Notes: generated by a model not told the origin, from the sequence alone. DNA of 57,971 bases from Clostridiaceae bacterium (GCA_012840535.1 DULF01000023.1:1-57971), one strand, 5' to 3'. Counted from the first letter of the stretch, positions 27,853 to 37,594 are shown. A program made the numbers and translations.

Positions 27853-28754
27853 AAGTCCTCCTGCTTCTTAAACCTTTCTTCATCATATATTGGCTGTGTC
27901 CAAAGCATGGCACCGTGTTCACTTACAACCTGCACCCTTACATAAAGCTCGCTGCCATCCATTTTATATTCTCCATATTCACCTGTTTGCTCTTTCAGAA
28001 TTTCCCCGCCTTTTCCAATGAAGATGTATTTGTTTTCCGTGACAAAACCATTATATGAAACAGCACTGGCTCTGATTGTTCCGTCATTGAAAGAGAATTC
28101 TTTCAGAATCATACCTGTAGACACATAGAAGTTTCCACTGCTCAAGGAATTCATTACACTGTCTTTATCTCTTTTTGCGTAAATCATATTCCATGACCTG
28201 GCAATATCATGCCACCTGTGAAAATCATCATTCCCAAAGCCCCATACCAGTTTGCCCTGGGAAAGCAGGAAATCCCAGGCATCTGCCGCAAGCCCTTTTC
28301 CATTCAGCCTGTAAATTACAGAATTGAATATTTCCATTCCCGTATACCCCTTCAGGTCAGCCATGTCCTTCCAGGGCCAGTACTGCATCCTCTGCCAGTT
28401 TGGATGGCAAAGTATTACTAAACCTCGCTGTTTCCTGCATTCATTTATTACATCCTGGTGATTTCCTTTTATAACACCGGTATTACCAATGCATAGCATG
28501 TGTGGATCAGTGCTGAATTCAAAGCCGTTTATAATAACCATTTCATATTTTTCCTGATACTTTTGTACATCAGAAAATAAATCGTGGTTTGATATGGTTA
28601 AAACATCATAACGCGCACCTTTATAAGCAGCAATCACTTCTTCAATCTCATAATGCCCGCAGGTATTTTCCCCCGTTCCCGCATGAGTATGAAAATTTGC
28701 TTTTAACCATTGTCCACCGTCAATATTGTTGTTTTCATAAGGATTTATAAACAT
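27840..28754 (-). CDS. PHP-domain (polymerase/histidinol-phosphatase-like) metal-dependent phosphoesterase
   Basis: LKANFHTHAGTG...LTISNHD...ILCHPNW histidine clusters. ATG at 28754 (MFINPYENN) after a GGGGGTAAG SD. Overlaps the rpiR-like start by 13 nt. Confidence 0.7.
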   Translation of the reverse strand: MFINPYENNNIDGGQWLKANFHTHAGTGENTCGHYEIEEVIAAYKGARYDVLTISNHDLFSDVQKYQEKYEMVIINGFEFSTDPHMLCIGNTGVIKGNHQDVINECRKQRGLVILCHPNWQRMQYWPWKDMADLKGYTGMEIFNSVIYRLNGKGLAADAWDFLLSQGKLVWGFGNDDFHRWHDIARSWNMIYAKRDKDSVMNSLSSGNFYVSTGMILKEFSFNDGTIRASAVSYNGFVTENKYIFIGKGGEILKEQTGEYGEYKMDGSELYVRVQVVSEHGAMLWTQPIYDEERFKKQEDLWKV

Positions 28755-29018
28755 GTTTCTTACCCCCGAAATTAATATATTATTCAGTGCAAAAATAAAC
28801 CTGCCCGCCGGATTTGAATTTCCCGGCAAATATATTATAACGCGTTATGGAATATTATTCAATATTATTTTGTTTACACGGAATTTTGTTCAACATCCTG
28901 CAAATTCATGACTTTTTTTGTTTCTTTTTTGCAGGGTTTTTCCCATAAAAAAACTGCTGCGACGTACAAAAGCCCATCACAGCTGCTTTCTGTCATGGAT
29001 ATATATATACACAAATTC

Positions 29019-29624
29019 TCAATCGCTCTCCCTGGTTTTTATGGGCCAATATCCTGTAAATTTTCCGTCAGAATATTGCAATGTATACCCAAGTCCGTAC
29101 TTAGGCTGCCACTCGTAAAAATTTTTTTCATCCGGAAATATCCTGTCCATAACAGCCGCTATAACACCGCCATGGCAGACAACCGCTGCAGAACCTGCCT
29201 TCCGCTTTTCCGCCTCTTTGATTATTTCCGCAAAGCCCCGGTAAACTCTTTTGTAAAATTCATTTTTGCTTTCCCCGCATGGGCAGCGTACACCGCCTTC
29301 TTCATCAAGTATCCATTTCTGATAGTCATGCCTGTTTGCAAGTTCGTAATAGCTGTGCATTTCAAAGTCGCCAAAATTATACTCCCTCAGGTCATCTATA
29401 ACAACAAAATCCACATCGCCATAAATCAGCCGAAGGGTTTCATCTGTCCTTTTCATACCGCTTGTTATAAACAATTCAGCTTCAGGGTATAACCCCTTCT
29501 TTACATAGTCCAAAATCTCCCTGGCACCGCTTTCCGATAACGGAATATCCGTACTTCCGCAGTAAATGCCTTTCTCATTGGCGCAGGTCCTCCCATGGCG
29601 GATAATGTGAATTTGCATGCTCAT
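29019..29624 (-). CDS. cobC: Histidine-phosphatase family protein, probable alpha-ribazole phosphatase
   Basis: IHIIRHGRTCANEKGIYCGSTDIPLSESG (RHG motif). ATGA start/stop overlap with the upstream ORF. Last gene of the cob salvage operon. Confidence 0.8.
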   Translation of the reverse strand: MSMQIHIIRHGRTCANEKGIYCGSTDIPLSESGAREILDYVKKGLYPEAELFITSGMKRTDETLRLIYGDVDFVVIDDLREYNFGDFEMHSYYELANRHDYQKWILDEEGGVRCPCGESKNEFYKRVYRGFAEIIKEAEKRKAGSAAVVCHGGVIAAVMDRIFPDEKNFYEWQPKYGLGYTLQYSDGKFTGYWPIKTRESD

Positions 29625-29998
29625 TTTATTACCGTCCCTATACCGCAGAAAATTCGGACAATCTTTTGGGCGTTGCGTGAAAGAAGAGCCATGCAGCGTC
29701 CAACTGCTTCCCTCCACTGCCTCATAACCGGGTCTGTTGGGACAACTCCACCTGAAATATCAGTGCAGATAATTATTTTATCCCTGATTTTATCGAGGTT
29801 TTTGTTTACATATACCAGAGGGTCCGCTCCGTCTTTTATAAGGTTCAAAACAAGCTTTTCAAGACCATAAACAACCTTTTTGGAGAAATCGATTTCCCTG
29901 CTGCTATCGCAGTAAAAAATTTCGTTTTCCTGTATCTTATAATTCTCTTTTGCATATTCCAGCTTCCCCTGGTAAGCTCCACCAAAGATCAGTACCAT
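29621..29998 (-). CDS. Mini-CobU-like protein (CobU N- and C-terminal segments, central region absent)
   Basis: MVLIFGGAYQGKLEYA resembles the CobU P-loop but has L in place of S/T. IIICTDISGGVVPTDPVMRQWREAVGRCMALLSRNAQKIVRIFCGIGTVIK resembles the CobU C-terminus. 125 aa, against 187 aa for the cobU two genes upstream. Confidence 0.6.
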   Translation of the reverse strand: MVLIFGGAYQGKLEYAKENYKIQENEIFYCDSSREIDFSKKVVYGLEKLVLNLIKDGADPLVYVNKNLDKIRDKIIICTDISGGVVPTDPVMRQWREAVGRCMALLSRNAQKIVRIFCGIGTVIK

Positions 29999-30011
29999 TT
30001 ATCAAACCTCC

Positions 30012-30767
30012 TTAAACCAGCGCGAGCACAATAAGTCCGCAGGCTTCTGAAACCGTAAGGGCATAACCCGATACATCACCTGAAATACCGCCAAACTGCC
30101 GGTATGCAGACAGGATGGACAGGAAAAAGCCGGCAGCCATTGCCAAAACCACAATCAAGCCTTTTACACTGAACAAGAGGCACAATGCCGCTGCCGCAAA
30201 AAAACCTGCCAAAGCCAGGCTTATCCTGTGAATTGGCTTTATATTCTTTTTGAAATACGAACCGTAACCGCTTTGGGGTATAACCTTCAATGAAAGCAGG
30301 GTCAACCCTGTAAGGCTTCTTGATATCACAGGCAAAAACACAAGATACGGCAGTTTCCCTGTATCGGAAACAACCTCATATGCGCCTGCAAAGCATATAA
30401 CAAACAAAACCAAAACGGAAACAACCGCAAAAGCTCCCGTATGGGGATCTTTCAATATCTTAAGTTTTTCTTCAAGAGGACGGCGCGACAAGATTGCGTC
30501 ACTTGCGTCCATAAACCCGTCAATATGTAAAAATCCCGTTATGACATAAGGAAAAAGCATTAAAAAAGCCGAAAGCATCACGGCGCTCAACCCTGCCAAA
30601 TAGAGAAGCCGGGAAACCCCATACCACAACAATCCAATTAACAACCCGACCATGGGGAAAAACGGAATAACCAGATTTGCGCAACTTTCATTCCACTTTT
30701 TATACGGTACCGGTATCGCGCAAAACATGCCCAAAGACATGAAAAACCCATTAAGAAATCTTTTCAT
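30012..30767 (-). CDS. cobS: Adenosylcobinamide-GDP ribazoletransferase (cobalamin synthase)
   Basis: Polytopic membrane protein. MKRFLNGFFMSLGMFCAIPVP...HIDGFMDASD. The ATG at 30767 overlaps the cobU end by 17 nt. Confidence 0.9.
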   Translation of the reverse strand: MKRFLNGFFMSLGMFCAIPVPYKKWNESCANLVIPFFPMVGLLIGLLWYGVSRLLYLAGLSAVMLSAFLMLFPYVITGFLHIDGFMDASDAILSRRPLEEKLKILKDPHTGAFAVVSVLVLFVICFAGAYEVVSDTGKLPYLVFLPVISRSLTGLTLLSLKVIPQSGYGSYFKKNIKPIHRISLALAGFFAAAALCLLFSVKGLIVVLAMAAGFFLSILSAYRQFGGISGDVSGYALTVSEACGLIVLALV

Positions 30768-31314
30768 AAAGCGGCACAAACACCTCCCTGCCTTTGTGTA
30801 TAACAATGCTGCCAAATGCGGCCTCCAGCACAACATCACATACCGACGCAAGGGTCCTGTCTATGAAAGCAAGACCCTTGCGGTAAGCTTCAGTCAGCTC
30901 ATCATATAGTATTGCGTCGGAATAGATGTAATCGGAAACAATAACTATATTATTTACCTGCTTACACAAGCATTTCAAATCACCGGCAACTTTTTTCGGC
31001 GCATCCAAGTTAATATTACCGTTCTCCGGGAACATTTCATTTGCAAGCAAGGCCGTTGTGCTGTCAAGCAGAAAAGAAGCGTTCGTATCGCATAAATTCA
31101 AACACTGCAGAATATCAACAGGCTGTTCTATGGTTGTAAAACCCCAGCCGTAACGCTCCTGTCTGTGCCGCTCGATTCTTTCATAATCTTCATTGTCACA
31201 CGGACGCATTGTTGCCAGGTAATACATCCTGCCTTCTGATTGTCCCTGCGCCAGCCTCTGGGCAAAATAGGATTTTCCGTTTTTGCAGCCGCCGGATATA
31301 AAGATCCTCAACAT
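30751..31314 (-). CDS. cobU: Bifunctional adenosylcobinamide kinase / adenosylcobinamide-phosphate guanylyltransferase
   Basis: MLRIFISGGCKNGKSYFAQ P-loop and ERIERHRQER region, 187 aa. Confidence 0.9.
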   Translation of the reverse strand: MLRIFISGGCKNGKSYFAQRLAQGQSEGRMYYLATMRPCDNEDYERIERHRQERYGWGFTTIEQPVDILQCLNLCDTNASFLLDSTTALLANEMFPENGNINLDAPKKVAGDLKCLCKQVNNIVIVSDYIYSDAILYDELTEAYRKGLAFIDRTLASVCDVVLEAAFGSIVIHKGREVFVPLYEKIS

Positions 31315-31358
31315 CCCACCCCTTTTTGGCTTTTTCGGCTATTAAACTCCTTTTTCAC

Positions 31359-32471
31359 CTATGGCTGTTTATCTATGGAAAAGCTGTCTTCTCCTTTGAT
31401 ATTTTCCAGATACTCATCGTCTATTGCCGCCTCGGCGAATGTTGCCATGTCACGGATTATTGCACATGCGGCATCAACTACCATGAACATAATCGGACAG
31501 CCGCTTCCTTCTCCCAGGCGCATATTCAGCACAAGCGCCGGTTCAAGTCCAAGTTCCTTGACAGCATAAGCATATCCCGGCTCATATGACGCATGGGAAG
31601 GTATCATATATTCGACAGCAAGATTAGCCAACTTTCCAGCCACAAGCGCAGCTACAGCCGAAATAAACCCGTCTATAACCACAGGCAGCTTATAGTATGC
31701 CGCACCTATGTATACTCCGGCCATGGCGGCAATATCAAATCCTCCGACTTTTGAAACAACGTCAACCGGATCATCAGGATTTGGATTGTGCATTTCTATT
31801 GCGTTCTTAATTATTCGCTTTTTCTTTTCATATCCTTCATTACTAAGTCCTGCTCCCTTTCCGACAGTCAGATCAACATTAATGCCGGTAAGCGCACACA
31901 ATACTGCACTGCTTGTGGTCGTGTTGCCGATGCCCATTTCGCCGACGCCGATTATGTTGTAACCTTTTTTGTAAGCTTCTTCTGCCATTTCAATACCCAC
32001 AAGCATGGCCGCTACCGCTTCATCCCGGCTCATTGCCGGCTGTTTTGCTATATTTGACGTGGATTTCCTGATTTTTCTGTTTATTATATCCGGGTGGTTT
32101 ATTTCTGCGTTTACACCTACGTCCACCACCATCAGGTCCGAGTTGAAACTCTTTGCCAGCACAGCCACTCCGGTTATACCGCGGGTGAAGTTTATAGTTT
32201 GGGCGTATGTAACCGATTGAGGCGCAGACGCAACCCCTTCCTCAACAACACCGTTATCCGCGCACATGATAATAACACAACGCTTGTCCACGGTATTATA
32301 CATTTGTCCTGTTATACCTGCAAGTTTTGCAGCAATGTCTTCAAGCTTGCCCAGGCTTCCGGGAGGTTTTGCAAGGTTGTCAAGCCTCTCTCTTGCAGCG
32401 GCAACCATATCATGATTGATACCGGTTATGCCGGAAATGTACTTTTCAAGGTCCTTTCCATCTTTATGCAT
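31359..32471 (-). CDS. cobT: Nicotinate-nucleotide--dimethylbenzimidazole phosphoribosyltransferase
   Basis: LDNLAKPPGSLGKLEDIA...GEMGIGNTT...GEGSG motifs, 370 aa. Confidence 0.93.
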   Translation of the reverse strand: MHKDGKDLEKYISGITGINHDMVAAARERLDNLAKPPGSLGKLEDIAAKLAGITGQMYNTVDKRCVIIMCADNGVVEEGVASAPQSVTYAQTINFTRGITGVAVLAKSFNSDLMVVDVGVNAEINHPDIINRKIRKSTSNIAKQPAMSRDEAVAAMLVGIEMAEEAYKKGYNIIGVGEMGIGNTTTSSAVLCALTGINVDLTVGKGAGLSNEGYEKKKRIIKNAIEMHNPNPDDPVDVVSKVGGFDIAAMAGVYIGAAYYKLPVVIDGFISAVAALVAGKLANLAVEYMIPSHASYEPGYAYAVKELGLEPALVLNMRLGEGSGCPIMFMVVDAACAIIRDMATFAEAAIDDEYLENIKGEDSFSIDKQP

Positions 32472-32608
32472 ACTTTCACTCCTAACATTAATTGAATTGG
32501 AATTCCTTCACAGAAATGTTGCTTGTGGCAAAATATCTGCAACAATATTTAGAATGCTTCAAAAACTTGTTCAGCATTCTTAAACCATGTGCATAATTTC
32601 CTTGACAT

Positions 32609-32636
32609 TAAAAAACTTCGGTCACAAAACCGAAGT
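32609..32636 (-). terminator. Intrinsic terminator between the cobalamin riboswitch and cobT
   Basis: Minus strand CTTCGGT-TTTGTG-ACCGAAG followed by TTTTTT. Confidence 0.7.
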
Positions 32637-32779
32637 GCCTGAAAAGCCTGTCAAAATTTATAACTGCATCAATTATAAAACGCACATGTGCAATGCCTGA
32701 TGCAAGCGATAAATTTTACGGAACTACGCACCTCATACTCTGTGAAGCTATAGTTCATCTCCATCCGAAATGGATGGAA

Positions 32780-32948
32780 CCGATGCCGGCAGGTTTTCCG
32801 GCTCAGACATCATCGCGTACCTTTCACCTTCCCAGGCATTATGCCCAGTGGCATACAAAAGGCGCTACGTCATCACGGCGGCAGGACCGCTCAGGATTTT
32901 AACCTGATTCCCTTTTACCGTGCAATGCCATTGCACGCACCAGCATCT
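32780..32948 (-). promoter_or_regulatory. Cobalamin (B12) riboswitch
   Basis: Minus strand GGTAAAAGGGAATCAGGTTAAAATCCTGAGCGGTCCTGCCGCCGTGA...GCCACTGGGCATAATGCCTGGGAAGG, with the B12-box GCCACTG at 32843-32852. Upstream of cobTUSC. Confidence 0.87.
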
Positions 32949-33038
32949 TGATATTCAGTTTTTTTAATTATACTATTAATAAGTTTTAAAATTTTGTATT
33001 TTTTTAATAATTATTGTATATTTTTTGTATCCTGCTTT

Positions 33039-35297
33039 TCATTCAATGTACAGTTTCTTGTCAACCCCTTCCAAATAAAGAGGCATTTTGCCTGCATAGT
33101 ATATACGCAATACGTGAAGCGCTCTTGTACATACAGTATAGAACAGCTTTCTTTCCTCTTCAGTATCATAACTGTCGCTGTCTATACAAGCAACCAATAC
33201 TGCATCAAATTCCAGCCCTTTCGCCAGATAGGACGGAATTGCCACAGTACCTGCATAATACTCTTTATCTTCTGCTGTGATCAGCCTGATACTAATATCC
33301 CTCTTAAGTTGCTCATATGTCTTAAGACTTCCCCATGCAGTCCTGCATATTACCGCAATTGACTCATGGCCCTCGGCTTCAAGCTGTTTTACGTCATCCG
33401 CTATAGCCCTGTACAAATCCTCGCTGTTTTCAAATTTTGCAACTTTCGGCTTTTCACCGTCTCTGTTAATATACTCCGAATGTTCACCATCCGGAAGCAA
33501 CGCCCTGCAAAATTCAGTAATTTCCTTTGTAGATCTGTAACTTTTGCTAAGCGTCACCAAAGAGGAATTCTCATTCCCGAAAATTTCGGCAACGTATTCA
33601 AAGCTTCCTGAGCTGATGTACGGATTTATAGATTGGTTCGGATCTCCCAGCATCGTCAAGTTGCTTTGCTTAAAGAGCAATTTTATTATTTCGAACTGAA
33701 GCGGCATGTAATCCTGTACCTCATCAATTATTACATATTTTATGAATGACATATCATGTATGTCCCCCAGAGCTGCTTTAAGAAATATAACAGGCGCAAG
33801 GTCTTCATAGTTAATGTTGTTTAATTCAATATTGTCAATTGTGTCAGCGCAGATTTTTTCAAAATTCTCAGGGAAATGACCTTCTGACAATTCGGCAAAC
33901 AATTCCCTGTCCTTAAAAAGCCTTAAATAAAGGTCGAACAAATTCACGCTGGTCATGCTTTCAATATTTTCTCTTATAGGTCTGAACTCATCCCTTACAA
34001 TAAGCGCACTTCGGGCATTAATCTCTCCTTTGTCGACAAAATCTCCGCTTTCAGCAAGTTCCTGCCTTATCTCTTCCATTCTCCTCTGTTCGTAAGGGCC
34101 CAAAAGGTAAAAAAGCCTCTGCCTTAGTTTGCGCAGGCGTTTTATAACAGGCAGATAAGAAAAATCCTTCCTGAAGAGTTCATTAATTCTCTCTGATGAA
34201 ACTATTATATTATTTTTATATATTACATCGTTAAAATTAATCCCCTTGCTTTCAAGGTATTCCACATAATTTTTCAAAACATCCGCAAATTCCCGGGAAG
34301 ACTTGTACTTAATGCTGTTAATCCTGTCAGCATATTCCGGACGGTTTCTTTTTGACAAAATGTATTCCATCAATTCGTTCATGTCTTCAAGTTTCCAGTC
34401 GCTGCCCAAAACCATTTGCCCATAGTTCAAAAAAGTTATCCTGTTTATGTTTTCTTCTCCCAGTTCGGGAAGAACGCTGGAAATATAATCGCTGAAAACC
34501 TGGCTGGGTGAAAATATCAAAATATTTTCCGCTTTTATGGATTCCCTGTATTTGTAAAGAAGATATGCCGCACGGTGAAGCGCAACCGACGTTTTCCCGC
34601 TTCCCGCAGCTCCCTGCACCAGCAGAAATCTATGGGTGTCGTCCCTTATTACCCTGTTTTGCTCACGCTGTATGGTTGTAACAATAGTTTTCATTTTGCT
34701 GTCGGCGCTTCTGCTCAAAATTTCCTGCAGAATTTCGTCGTCAATTTTAATGCTGCAGTCAAACATGCGCTCAATTTTCCCTTTATAAATGCTGTACTGC
34801 CTCTTTAGGGATATTTCGCCTTTTATAATGCCTTCAGGGCACTTGTACTCAGCCCTGCCCAATTCGTAATCATAGAACATGCTGGAAATCGGGGCTCTCC
34901 AGTCATACACCAAAAATTCCCCTGTATCTTCATCAGTAAAATTGGATATGCCAATATAAATCTTCTCAGCTAAATTTTGGCCGTCTTCCTTAAAGTCAAT
35001 TCTTCCGAAATATGGAGACTCCAACAATTTTTCAAGTTTCATTATCTGTTGGTTAAGAAATCTATATTTTATCCCCAATAAATCAATATCTGTTTGGTAC
35101 TGCCACATGTTGGCCAGGTCATCCAGGTCGGTAGGCGCAAGATGAACATCATTCTGCATTGATTTCTGGGTAGAAATTATTTCATCCCTGAATTTTTTCT
35201 TTATCTCAAGGTTTTTCTCCAGTTTCTCCTTTATACGCTCAATAACAAATGCAAGCCTGTCTTCCTCAAATATGCGTTCGCGTTCATCTATACTCAT
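33039..35297 (-). CDS. helD: HelD-type UvrD-like helicase (RNA polymerase recycling factor / helicase IV family)
   Basis: GRIDFKEDG...YDWRAPISSMFYD...TIQREQNRVIR...VQGAAGSGKTSVALHRAAYLLY. GGGAGGG SD before ATG 35297. Confidence 0.85.
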   Translation of the reverse strand: MSIDERERIFEEDRLAFVIERIKEKLEKNLEIKKKFRDEIISTQKSMQNDVHLAPTDLDDLANMWQYQTDIDLLGIKYRFLNQQIMKLEKLLESPYFGRIDFKEDGQNLAEKIYIGISNFTDEDTGEFLVYDWRAPISSMFYDYELGRAEYKCPEGIIKGEISLKRQYSIYKGKIERMFDCSIKIDDEILQEILSRSADSKMKTIVTTIQREQNRVIRDDTHRFLLVQGAAGSGKTSVALHRAAYLLYKYRESIKAENILIFSPSQVFSDYISSVLPELGEENINRITFLNYGQMVLGSDWKLEDMNELMEYILSKRNRPEYADRINSIKYKSSREFADVLKNYVEYLESKGINFNDVIYKNNIIVSSERINELFRKDFSYLPVIKRLRKLRQRLFYLLGPYEQRRMEEIRQELAESGDFVDKGEINARSALIVRDEFRPIRENIESMTSVNLFDLYLRLFKDRELFAELSEGHFPENFEKICADTIDNIELNNINYEDLAPVIFLKAALGDIHDMSFIKYVIIDEVQDYMPLQFEIIKLLFKQSNLTMLGDPNQSINPYISSGSFEYVAEIFGNENSSLVTLSKSYRSTKEITEFCRALLPDGEHSEYINRDGEKPKVAKFENSEDLYRAIADDVKQLEAEGHESIAVICRTAWGSLKTYEQLKRDISIRLITAEDKEYYAGTVAIPSYLAKGLEFDAVLVACIDSDSYDTEEERKLFYTVCTRALHVLRIYYAGKMPLYLEGVDKKLYIE

Positions 35298-35455
35298 GTT
35301 GTTCCCTCCCATATAGGCAAATAAATAATTCCACTGTCAATTTAGCCTCTCCAAATTATTTGGATATTATATTATTATATAATAAAACAGCAAAATAAAT
35401 AAAGTATCGTCATACACCGGGAGAATATACCAAGATTGCGGGCCCGGCGGAAAAG

Positions 35456-36346
35456 TTATCCAATCCTGTCCGGGTAGATTTTGTTTCTATATGAAGACGG
35501 CGTGCATTTTTTATAATGTTTGAATGCCCTTATAAATGAAGCCAGACTGTTAAAACCACAATCAAAAGCAATTCGGCTTATCGGGTATGTAGCGCTGGAG
35601 ATAAGCATCTCCTCGGCTTTATTTATCCTGTAAAAAGAAAGATATTCCTTAAAAGTCATTCCTGTTGCCCTTTTAAACAACCTGCTGAAATGGGAAATAC
35701 TCAGGTTTGAAGCTTTTGCAGCTTGTTCAAGGCTTAAAGGGAAACTATAATTATTGTCTATCAGTTCAAAGGTGTTTCTAAGCATCTCCTTGGCTTTTTT
35801 AACCTGATAAGGGTGTTTAAGCGTCTTTACATTTGGGCTGAAATTTCTTACCAATATTCCCATCAATTCAAAAATATGTGCTTCAACCAACAATTCAAAA
35901 GCCCTTTCCTTTTTGGAAAATTCATCCTGGATTTTTTTTATACAACAAGCTGCAGATTTCCCTATATCAGTCCTGTCACTGATAGAACCCGGGTAATCAA
36001 TGTATTTGCTGAAATCATCTATAAGACCGGTTGTAGGCGAGGAAATTGAAGAAGACTTAAAATAATCGGCATTAAACTGGAGTACAATTATTTTATTATC
36101 CTCATCTCTTTGGGTATAGGTAGAATGGACTGCATCGCTCCCAATCACGATAATGTCACCCTTTACGGCACTGAATATGTGCTCGTTAATCTGCTGGGTA
36201 GCTGTACCCTCAATTATATACAGGATTTCAACCTCCTGATGCCAGTGCGGATGAACAAAAACATGTTCCTCACTGGATGAGCGCAAAAAAATCCTTACCG
36301 GAAAAGATTTGTCAGGCATATCAACCAATTCACGCAGAGGTTCCAA
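35456..36346 (-). CDS. AraC-family transcriptional regulator (cupin sensor plus HTH)
   Basis: N-terminal cupin (HPHWHQEVEILYIIEG) and C-terminal double HTH (FSRLFKRATGMTFKEYLSFYRINKAEEML...GFNSLASFIRAFK). Confidence 0.9.
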   Translation of the reverse strand: MEPLRELVDMPDKSFPVRIFLRSSSEEHVFVHPHWHQEVEILYIIEGTATQQINEHIFSAVKGDIIVIGSDAVHSTYTQRDEDNKIIVLQFNADYFKSSSISSPTTGLIDDFSKYIDYPGSISDRTDIGKSAACCIKKIQDEFSKKERAFELLVEAHIFELMGILVRNFSPNVKTLKHPYQVKKAKEMLRNTFELIDNNYSFPLSLEQAAKASNLSISHFSRLFKRATGMTFKEYLSFYRINKAEEMLISSATYPISRIAFDCGFNSLASFIRAFKHYKKCTPSSYRNKIYPDRIG

Positions 36347-36520
36347 AAAAATTCCTCCAATAGGTGTTTTTTAATAATAACATGATAATTAATGCAAAGC
36401 AACAAACGCCGCAATTATTGTAAAATATTTTATTAGTAAATATAATAAATATACTCTTATATATTTTTTTATAATGTATAACATTTCAATTATTATACAA
36501 CATTATATAATATTTTTGAC

Positions 36521-37594
36521 ATGGGGGGAATATTTGTGAAAGAGTTTAAACCGGATTTCAATAGACTTAAGAAGGTCCTGCTCAGGCAGGGAGAGCCGGA
36601 TATTGTTCCTTTTTATGAACTTTACGCTGATAAGGAAATAATGGAAGCCGTTACAGGAAAACCTCTGACACCCGAGACCTTAGTAGAGTTTTATTATAAA
36701 TGCGGTTATGATTATGTAACGTCTGACATGAAATTCGGTTACAAGACCTACAGAAATGAAACATCCGATACAGCCAAACTGTCGCGTGGCCAAAGGGACT
36801 TTGTAGAGAACAACCGGGGCATGATAGAGACCAGGAAGGATTTTGACGCTTACGAATGGCCTACGGTAGATGAATCGGTAGCAAGCCATATCAACCAGGT
36901 GATCAAGTATATGCCGCCGGGCATGAAGACAATACTCCACACATGCGGTGGAATACTGGAGCATGTAATGATGCTCATGGGATATGTTCCCTTCTCTTTT
37001 GCATTAATTGAAGATGAACAGCTTGTATGGGATATGTTTGAAAAAATAGGCACCAACCATGTGAAAGCAATAAAGACCTGCCTTGATAATACGGACATAT
37101 CAAAGGTAGGAGCCGTAGTTATGGGAGATGACATGGGCTTTAACCACAGTACCATGATTTCTCCGGAACATTTGAGGAAATATGTCTTCCCATGGCAGAA
37201 AAAAGTCGTCGATTTGGTACACAGCTATGACCTTCCGATGATTCTCCACGCTTGCGGCAATCTTGAAGCAGTAATGGATGACCTTATAGATTATGTTGGA
37301 ATTGACGCCAAGCACTCCTTTGAAGACAAGATTATGCCAGTAACAGAAGCAAAAAGGAAATACGGCAACCGCATAGCCATTCTGGGAGGAGTAGATCTGA
37401 ACTTCCTCTGCACATCAAGCGAAGAAGAGGTAAGGCAGTATACAAGAAAAGTTATTGCCGAATGCGCCCCCGGCGGAGGCTATGCTCTTGGAACCGGCAA
37501 TTCTGTAGCAAACTACGTCCCCCTGGAAAACTACCTTGCAATGCTGGATGAGGGCAGAAAGATGGGAGTATATCCAATAAGAATCGATTCTTAA
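36521..37594 (+). CDS. Uroporphyrinogen-decarboxylase (URO-D) fold family protein, function unknown (copy 1)
   Basis: 357 aa. GEPDIVPFYEL...ILHTCGG...ILHACGN...APGGGYALGTGNSV pattern, typical of URO-D/MtaA-like TIM barrels. Divergent from the AraC gene. The start could be GTG 36536. Confidence 0.8.
   Translation: MGGIFVKEFKPDFNRLKKVLLRQGEPDIVPFYELYADKEIMEAVTGKPLTPETLVEFYYKCGYDYVTSDMKFGYKTYRNETSDTAKLSRGQRDFVENNRGMIETRKDFDAYEWPTVDESVASHINQVIKYMPPGMKTILHTCGGILEHVMMLMGYVPFSFALIEDEQLVWDMFEKIGTNHVKAIKTCLDNTDISKVGAVVMGDDMGFNHSTMISPEHLRKYVFPWQKKVVDLVHSYDLPMILHACGNLEAVMDDLIDYVGIDAKHSFEDKIMPVTEAKRKYGNRIAILGGVDLNFLCTSSEEEVRQYTRKVIAECAPGGGYALGTGNSVANYVPLENYLAMLDEGRKMGVYPIRIDS

Noticed and set aside
28908-29492. 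194-aa plus-strand ORF opposite cobC.
   Set aside because: It is antisense to the RHG-motif phosphatase gene, which is translationally coupled to its neighbour. It has no motifs of its own.
32693-32902. 69-aa plus-strand ORF upstream of cobT.
   Set aside because: It overlaps the cobalamin riboswitch on the other strand. The RNA motif, including the B12 box, explains the conservation-like appearance.
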